A DNA stretch of 64,000 bases, taken from NCBI RefSeq assembly GCF_009914755.1, contig NC_060947.1, one strand, 5' to 3'. Source of the stretch: the human T2T-CHM13v2.0 reference genome, Homo sapiens. This document shows positions 54,180 to 64,000 of this stretch, one piece after another. Under the pieces are notes generated by a model. That model ran no database searches and had not been told where the DNA came from. It saw only the letters and a program-made list of their open reading frames with translations. Position numbers and translations under genes: made by a program. Each line of letters opens with the position of its first letter. Position 1 is the stretch's first letter.

Positions 54180-56507
54180 CCATACTTCCTAATGTGCCTC
54201 CCTCACCCACTCATGTCACAGCTCCCCAGTATATGTTCCAGTATTTTTCATGCTATTCCGAATTACCCCGAGTGCACCGTGCAGTTTACTTCACTGTGTT
54301 TCTGCACACCCTGTTCCGTCTGGCTGAAAAGTTCTTTCTTCCACTCTTTGACAAGTCAACTCTGACTTGTGGGTTGAAACCATCAGTTTAGGGCTGCATT
54401 CTCTATCCTGGCACTACTTGGATTTTATGTTACCATCTTTTAATTTGTCTGCCTCTCGCTCCAGATGGGGTGCACCCAGAGGACCAGAACTCTTCTCAGA
54501 GGAGCTTGTGATCATTGGTGTATTTAAAGGAAGAAGATACGGAGAAGAAAGTCCATACACATTAGAAAAAGTGGCAAACAGAGTACACAATGGATAAAGG
54601 GGAAATCATTACAAAATGACAAAAAGGCAGATTTTAGACTGAAGTCCCTTCTTAACATAGCAAGTAAGACAGACATTTCTATTTCTTTACATTATTCCAC
54701 CCTCTTGCTATCCCACATCATCCCGGTCCAAGTTGTGGATATCACTAGGTGGGGCTAGGCCATTTAGTAGGAAACAAGACTGTGTAAAAGACATAGGATT
54801 ACCAGGTTTTTCAGAGATGTTTTCACTGAACGATCTTTTTTTAGAATGTGGAGGGAGTTTTGAATATTTATATATATATATTTTCTCAACAGGAGAGAAT
54901 TCTTGTTCTCAGTTTACTTGGGATGCACTGTGCCTTCTCTTTGGAAAACAGTCTTAGCTTATGATACTACAGAGTTCGGGACACAGTCAGAGGAGAAAGA
55001 CTGGGTCCAATTTCTCTGTCTAAGGCTGTAGGCCTAAATGGGAAGCTGTGCTGCACAGTCCAGTTCAGCAGAAATGAAGACTATGATTAGGGCACATGGG
55101 AGGAATAAGAGAGTGTATCGGACAGGGCCTTACAACGGTGCACCGTTTTTCAGTGTGTTTCACAGGCAATTCCTGTACACAGACTCCCACTTATGGATTA
55201 TGGGGATCAGTTAACCCATCTAACAAGGGATGATCCAACAAGATGATAGAGTATTCCAGAAGGATCTCAGTGTACACACTGATTTTCTTCTATTAAGAAA
55301 ACACTACAAAATATGGCTGAATTAAAAGGAGCTACTTATGAATTATTAAGGCTTTTTATCATGAATACCAATTTTGTTGATTTTCAAGGCTTCAATTAAT
55401 GGAGAGTCCGAGGGATTGCTTGGTTTGTTTACCTATCTCATTCTCATGAATTCAATTTGCTACAGATGCAATAGATATTTATGATTTCTGAGATGTATAT
55501 AGGGGAAAAGGGGGAGGGGTATTCTAGTTACCATGGCTAATTAATTCTTTTTACTTAAAATGACCCATGATGTAATTCGTACTGCTTTCAGGTGTTTTAC
55601 TGACAAGTAAGTTCAGATTTAAAAAAAATTAATTCTGAATTTACTTAAACTCACTCAATAAATTCCTACTCCACAGTACACATGAAGGTCTACCGACATT
55701 CATGAAAAATAAAAGTATTGAAGAAGGCATTCTAAAATACTGCTATTAGAAACAAAAAGAAAGTTCGCGTTTGCTCAGTGGTCTCAAAGTAGTTCCTTTA
55801 ATCAAATGTTTAATACTGGTAAGCTGCCACATTCTCTCTTCCCACAGGACTGCCCATTTCCCTGGTTCTGGGCTCCATTTTTAATCAGTTCCGGCACTAA
55901 GTATGTGTCCTCAGGGAAATAATTTCCCTCATTCTATTTTCTCCTCTTGCAGTAAGAGAAGAAGTGTTTCAATTTCGAAATTATTTGGAATGATTTCTGG
56001 TGAAGTGGATTGTGTAGACGCACAGAGAGTACCATGAATGTATTTACTGGGGCAGGATCATTCTAAATAAACACTCTTAAATTTTTCCATTGTTTTCCAA
56101 TTCTCAAAACCACTTCACAAACATCATCTCATTATGAGATTCAATTCACTGAGAAAATTAACTGAAAATACAGTTAATACTATGATTTGGTCAAATCTGT
56201 TATTTTTATTTATTCCTCCTTGCCAGTGAACACAAAGGGTAGAAGTATAAACAATTTACATATATTTTAAATGACTACCTTTTACCCTCAGGAAAGAAAA
56301 AAGCATGCAAGATTAATTCCTCATAATCCTATATTTCAAAGCAGGATTTTCACATTGTATTTTATTTTTGGATTTCAAGATGCACACAGATAATCTCTGC
56401 ATACAAAAGAAACTCAAATTTTTTTAAAGTGATTTTATTAACGTAGTAACAGCAAATGAAATCGCCTTGCAAGATTATCTAAAATGTTGCCTGATCTACA
56501 TGAAGAC

Positions 56508-57390
<883 letters not shown>

Positions 57391-57633
57391 AAATTTTTTA
57401 TTTGATGAACTTATTTTTTAAGGAAGTTTTGGTTTCACAGTAAAATTGAGGAGAAAATACAGACAATTCACATGTAGCCTCTGTCTCCACCAACAAACCA
57501 CCTCTTTGAGAACATACAACCTCCACCACACCCTTCTAAGATGTAAGCAGTCATGATTTGCAGTTATTGTTTTGGATTAACTATGACACTGCCATTTCCT
57601 GGGAGCCTCCTTTCCTCGTTTGACTCGACAGTT

Positions 57634-58325
57634 TTAATATATTTTATTTTTTAAAGCGATTTTAGGGTCACAGCAAAATTGAGCAAAAGGTACAGAGTAT
57701 CCATATGCCTCTGCCCCCACACACGCAAAGCCTCCCCCACTCTCAACATCCCCTTTTAGAGTGGTGCATTTGTGACAACTGATGAACCTACATCGACACA
57801 TCATTGTCACCTGAAGTCTATAGTTCACATTAGGGTTCACTCCTGGTGTTATACATCCTAGAGGCTTGAACAAATGTATAATGACACGCATCCATCACTA
57901 TATTAGGTTGGTGCAAAAGTAATTATGGGTTTCGCCAATACTTTGGTGCAATACTTTTGCACCAACCTAATAGTATCACACAGAATAGTTTCCTTTCCTT
58001 AAAAATCCTCTTTGCTCCACCTATTAAACCATCCCTCCTGCATACTCCTGTCAACCACTGACTATCTTTTTACTGTCTCCACAGTTTTGTCTTTTCCAGA
58101 ATGTCATATAGTTAGAATTATACAGCACGTAGACTTTTTAGACTGGCTTCTTTCACTTGGTAATATGCATGTCTTTTTGAGCTTGATTCTCACTTATTTA
58201 TAGTGCTGAGTAATATTCCATTGTCTGGATGCACAACAGTACATTTATCCATTCACCTGCTGAAGGACATCTTGGTGGCTTCCAAGTTTTGGCAATGATG
58301 AAGAAAGCTGCTCTAAACATCCTGC
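57634..58325 (-). mobile_element. L1MC1-like 3' region (a related short fragment lies at ~57400-57500)
   Basis: CACAGCAAAATTGAGC...GAGTGGTGCATTTGT..CAACTGATGAACCTACAT..CACATCAT. Confidence 0.85.
57903..57970. mobile_element. MADE1, internally shortened/rearranged, nested in L1MC
   Basis: TA|TTAGGTTGGTGCAAAAGTAATT...TACTTTTGCACCAACCTAA|TA. Confidence 0.93.
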
Positions 58326-58769
58326 TGCACTCTATCTGAAATATCCCGAATAGACCAATCCATATGGCCTTTGCTCCTCACAGCAAAATTTTATATGTTA
58401 CTACCATTTATTAAAAAAATTGTATGAAAACATATAATATTGATTTTTATTGGACCTTGACAACATATTTCTAATTTTATCAGAAAAGGGCAAATTTTTT
58501 AAACAAATTAAAGGAAGAAGAATGGAAGGAAGGAACTTATTTTGACAGGATGTGAGTATAGTTTATAAAAGTGTAACAATTAATAAAAATGATACTATGA
58601 AATAATATATATGCCCAATGTTTATATATTGGGCATAACCACATAATAAAATATTATAAAGCGATCAATACAAACGTGGAATATTTAGTAATCTACAGAA
58701 ACTTTAGTTATATAATGTTGAGTATATAAGGCAGATATTTAAAAGTTTCAAAGATATAAACCTAAACAG

Positions 58770-59270
58770 TAAAGATGAATAAAATGTGGTATATCCGTGC
58801 AAATATTACTTGGAAATTAAAAAGAAACGAATATATTATGTTCATATTATGTAACACATATATAATATGAATACATATTATATATGTACATATGCAACAT
58901 GGATGTATTGTACATACGTATTATATATGATACATATTACAACATGGATGAACCTGAAAATGTTATATTAAGTAGAAGAAGGCAGATGGAGAACATCACA
59001 TATGATATCATTCCATTTTTCTGAAATATCCTTAATGGACCAATCCATAGTGACAGAAAGTAGACCATTGATTGTCCAGGCCTTGGAGAGATTGGAGGGG
59101 GAGGGGTTGAGGGGATGATGGCTAAGAGATGTTGGGTTCTCTCTGGGGCAGTAAAAAGTTGTAAAATGGATCATGGCGATGGATGCACAACCCTGTGAAT
59201 AAAAGCTGTTGGACTGTACAATTTAAATGGGTGCATTGTACAAACTGTGAGTTATATCTCAACAAAGCTG
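58770..59270 (+). mobile_element. L1MB 3' end with TA-rich internal expansion
   Basis: ACAACATGGATGAACC...ACAGAAAGTAGA...TTATATCTCAACAAAGCTG. Confidence 0.8.
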
Positions 59271-59666
59271 TTTTTTATTTACTTATTTTTTATTATACTT
59301 TAAGTTCTGGGTTACATGTGCAGAATGTGTAGTTTTGTTACATAGGTTTACACGTGCCATGGTGGTTTGCTGCACCCATCAACCTGTCACCTACATTAGG
59401 TATTTCTCCTAATGTTATCCCTCCCCTAGCCCCCTACCCCCCAAAAGGCCCCAGTGTGTGATGTTCCCCTCTCTGTGTCAATGTGTTCTCATTGATCAAC
59501 TCCCACTTATGAGTGAGAACATGCAGTGTTTGGTTTTCTGGTCTTGTGATAGTTTGCTGAGAATGATGGTTTCCAGCTTCATCCATGTGCCTGCAAAGGA
59601 CATGAACTCATCCTTTTTATGGCTGCATAGTATTCCATGGTGTATATGTGCCACATTTTCTTAATC
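59271..59666 (-). mobile_element. L1PA7-like 3' 0.4 kb
   Basis: TTATACTTTAAGTTCTGGG..ACATGTGCAGAA...GTGCCATGGTGGTTTGCTGCACCCATCAAC. Confidence 0.9.
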
Positions 59667-60474
59667 ATATATACATATGTATATGTGTATATATGCATAT
59701 ATATAATTTCATTGTAGAAAAATGAGAATACCATTAACCAATTTTCAAAAAAAATCACCCACTATTGTACCACACTAGAGACAAAAACTGTCAACCTTAT
59801 TTAGGGCTCTATTTTTATTCCAGCCACTAAACAACATGTAATGATTATATCTGTGTTCATTATCAGTGTTTTCTTACATAAATGTGTCATAACTAATTAA
59901 TCAATAGCTATCATAGGAGAGTAAATTCATTCTGATATTTTGGTGTTGCAAAATTCCTTCGTATTATTGATTTTCCCACTTCTGCTATTTTTTTCTGGTT
60001 AAATTCCTAAAATTATGTTTACAGAAACCCATTTAAGACTTTTTAAGGTCTTTATTATATATTTCCTAATGGCTTACAATAAATACATGTTAAACACATT
60101 TATCAAAAGTGTCCAAGAGTATCTTTTTCCCTATATCTTGGCCCACCTTGTCTATGATTTACCATTATATTTCAGTTACATCATGGAAAACTTATGCAGT
60201 GTTTAAATGCTAGCAGTTTTTATTTACCAGTGACTTTCAACATTTTTATATGTTTATGGGTCTTATAAATGCATTTGCAAATAGTTTTTTATAGCCTTAT
60301 CCAACATTTTATTTTATTAATATTTTTCTATTGATGTTAAGAACTCTTTATATAATAATTGTTCAATACATGTAAGCCACATGTTTAAAAAGCTAGTCTC
60401 TGCATATTTGTACATGTCCTTTATGTTATAGAGAAGCATTTATTTGTATAGTAAAACTTATAAGTATTTTCTCT

Positions 60475-60680
60475 TTCATTAAAAAAATATTGTTGAGCCC
60501 TGTCTATGGGCAAGAGACGCTATTACCAGAGTATTAATGGTATAAAAAATACACCTTGTCTTTCTCATGAGGGCCTTAAAGTGTTGGAGATAAGAAGGTA
60601 GATTTTTAAAATTACAGAAATAAATATGTAGCTAATAATTTTCATAAATGTTATAAAGGGATATCAAAATGTTCCCCGGG
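60475..60680 (-). mobile_element. L2 fragment within degraded L1M sequence
   Basis: AAATATTGTTGAGCCCTGTCTATGGGCAAG...TTCTCATGAG. Confidence 0.5.
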
Positions 60681-61378
60681 GAGATTCTATAATCTATAGA
60701 GTTGGTGTATATGGGCAAGAAATGATGTTGGAGCTACTGTCTCAAGGATGACTTGGTGTCCATTATGTGTGTGGGGGGAATTAGGGGTTTGGGGTGGGAG
60801 GAAGGTGAGGTGGATGGCAGAACTGGGTGTGTGCTGGTAGCCGAAGTAGGTGGTTTCCTTCTGATTTCCATATTTAGAGTCGAGCTTAGAAAATCTTTCT
60901 ACATTCCCAAATTCTATCAATGTTTATCTATATTTTATAATGTATTTATTATTATTTTTTTACCTGCATTTCCATCTTGAAATGTATTTACTATAGGATG
61001 TGAGGCAAGGATCTAGTTATCTAATTGCTGTTTTGCTGATGTTGTTTTTTCCCATCAAATGGTTAGCTTGCCCTTTTATTATTAAAAGATAGCCTCATCA
61101 TATATTAAATTCTGGTAAATATGCTGGTCTCACGTGCCTATAAAATAATGTCAATGAAATTAGAATTAACTTATACACAGAAATAATGCATGTAATTTTA
61201 GTCATAAAAATGCAAAAGTGTATCATAAAATCATATCACGTCTTTAATAGATGTCATGAGTACTCATATTAAAGATATGACTGAGATAAAAATAAGATAT
61301 TTTTTAAAAGATCACTTGTACCATGGCACTCTTTCTAGAATCTTCATGGAAGGATTTTGCCTCCTTCACAGTGGTCTA

Positions 61379-61414
61379 TTAGGCTGGTGCAAAAGTAACT
61401 GCGGTTTTGGCCAT
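61379..61414. mobile_element. Half MADE1 / solo Hsmar1 TIR
   Basis: TA|TTAGGCTGGTGCAAAAGTAACTGCGGTTTTGGCCAT. Confidence 0.9.
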
Positions 61415-61599
61415 GGCACCATATTATGAAAGCTCCTTTTGGCAGAAATCCATTTGTTTCTACTTTTCTTATTTATCCTGAATATCTAACAGGTTTCTTT
61501 TTTACACAGCACTCATTAATGTGTCCATCTCAATAAACAAAGAGCTCATGTCCTTGGGGTAGACAAGCTTTTATAAACTGTGCACAAAAACACTAACCT

Positions 61600-62830
61600 T
61601 ACAGTTAAAGATTGTAAATTGTTGCTGCCTGATAACAAACAACCTCTGTATAAAAGCAGTCACAGTTAAGTGAATGAAAAGGAAAGCTGTAAGTGAAAGG
61701 AGATATTTGCAACAATTATAGCCCCCAAAAGAGCTTGATATAGTAGAATATATAATGGGCGGCTTCAAATCCATCAGAGAGAAATAAAGACAACCAAATA
61801 CAAATAAAAGAAAGAGACTTTCATGGCCGCTGTATGAAAGAGAATTCCTAAACAGGCAGGAAACATGAAAAGTTGTTCAAACTTATTAGCAGCCAGGTAA
61901 ATGCAAATGAAGCCGTAAAGTGATACCATCACACACTCACCTGGATTTCCATATTTAAAGACATTCACAATACTGAGTGTGGCAAGGACTTAGAACAGTC
62001 CTGTCCCATAAAACTTTTTGTGATGACAAAAATGGTCATTCTGTGCCATTAAATATAGAAGCCACTAGCTGCATGAGGTCATGTAGACCTTGAAATTTGG
62101 CTACTTGGACTAAGGAGCTAAATATTTAATATTTAATTTTATTTTATTATAATTAAATCTAAACAAGTATATGTGACTGGTGGCTACCAGATGGGATAGA
62201 GCAGATACAGAACCTCCATGGGAATTCCACTGTTGGTGGAAGTGTAAATTAATACAAACTCTATGAAGAGTTTATGTCATTATTTACTAAAGTTGAATGT
62301 ACACATACCCCAAGACACATCAAATTCACTTTTAGGTATATACCTAAAGACATTTTCAAAACTGTGCTCACCAGCATTATTTACAATAGCCCCAAGTGAG
62401 AAACATACCAAGGGTTCATCAGTAGTAATATCAATCAATAAATGAGTATTTTCATGCAATAGAATATCACATAGCAATGAAAATGAGCTAACCACCACTA
62501 CACACAACATTGGCGAATCTCACAACCATAACACTAAGCAAAAGAAGCCAGATGCAAAAGAATAATTATTCTATGATTTAATTTACTGAGTATCAAAAAG
62601 ATACTGAACTTGTCTGTGGTGCGGTCATAATTGGGAGGCTGGTAGAGAGGAAGCAGAGGAGTTAGTGGTGAGAGGATCTGCTTGCCAGATTCTTGACCAT
62701 TTTTCAAAGATGGAGGTACATGCACAGGTGTGTTCTCTTGTGATAATTCATCAAGCTGCATATGAATTATTTGTGCACTTGTCTGTATGTATGCTATAGT
62801 TCCATATAAATGGTAAACACAGCAAAAAAC
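61600..62830 (+). mobile_element. L1ME-like 3' region split by MER3
   Basis: AAATGCAAATGAAGCC..GATACCA; GTGTGGCAAGGA; AATTCATCAAGCTG. Confidence 0.7.
61996..62204 (+). mobile_element. MER3 hAT MITE
   Basis: CTGTCCCATAAAACTTTTTGTGATGA...GCCACTAGC..CATG...GTGGCTACCA. Confidence 0.85.
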
Positions 62831-63087
62831 GGCATGTTAGTAGTGCATTTAATGACATGGAAAATTATGCCATAGAGTCCAAGAATGTAAACTTCAGAGT
62901 AATCTCTGATTGCTTTGAGTTTTTAAAAAGTTTTAGGGATCCCTTACCTAATTTGTGTTTTAATCTCATTTCTCTTTTATATATACACAAAATTGGTGTA
63001 ACTAAATAAACAAAAAAGTGCTGTTTGAATAAGTATAAAATACAAATTATAAACGATAAGAAAATATTGTATCATCTGTTTAAATGA

Positions 63088-63603
<516 letters not shown>

Positions 63604-64000
63604 TGAGAACTGAAGAAACAGAAGCAAAAGGATTGAGGAGGCATTGAGTAAACAGCAGTTCCTGATGGGAATTGGATAAACACATAAATAAAAATTTAAA
63701 TAAATAGTAATAAAAATAGGAATTTACACATACAGGAATAAAAATGAAACTTTTCTTGGTCATTCTATCAAAATTGTGAGTGAAGCTTCCCTCCCAAGTA
63801 TTGCCACTCCTGTTGAATCATGGAGGTCTAATAGCTATTTTGCAGGAAGGAACGTCTTTGTCTATGAGTAGGTAAAGTCAAAGAAAAGAATTTAGTGAAA
63901 ATCTATGTTTATTGAAAACTAGAATTATAGGTACTTTGCTAATTAGTTCAGAATAACCCATTTAAGTTGCTGTATATCCAAAAATACTACTAGGGCTTAT

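Overview
Primate (human-like) non-coding genomic DNA: AT-rich, CpG-poor and dominated by interspersed repeats. I recognise no cellular protein-coding gene, RNA gene, CpG island or CRISPR array. The only real protein homology is the C-terminal part of LINE-1 ORF2p in a 5'-truncated L1PA3-like insertion (18654-19935). The window holds about 20 solo LTR/MaLR elements (many with intact TSDs), about 11 Alus, L1/L2/MIR relics, DNA-transposon MITEs (Tigger3a, MER5, MER58A, MER3, three MADE1) and a 0.9-kb (GAT/GGT)n array. Repeat subfamily names come from my recall of consensus sequences and need RepeatMasker/Dfam confirmation. I found no evidence of a new multi-gene system. The most notable items are structural: (1) an inversion with a ~245-bp inverted duplication that split an MLT1 LTR and copied an Alu 5' end (29359-30451); (2) a young Alu with the AluYb 7-bp insertion but only part of the Yb8 diagnostics; (3) several fold-back/template-switch scars; (4) three MADE1 copies in 8.5 kb; (5) repeat-free islands that look like candidate enhancers.
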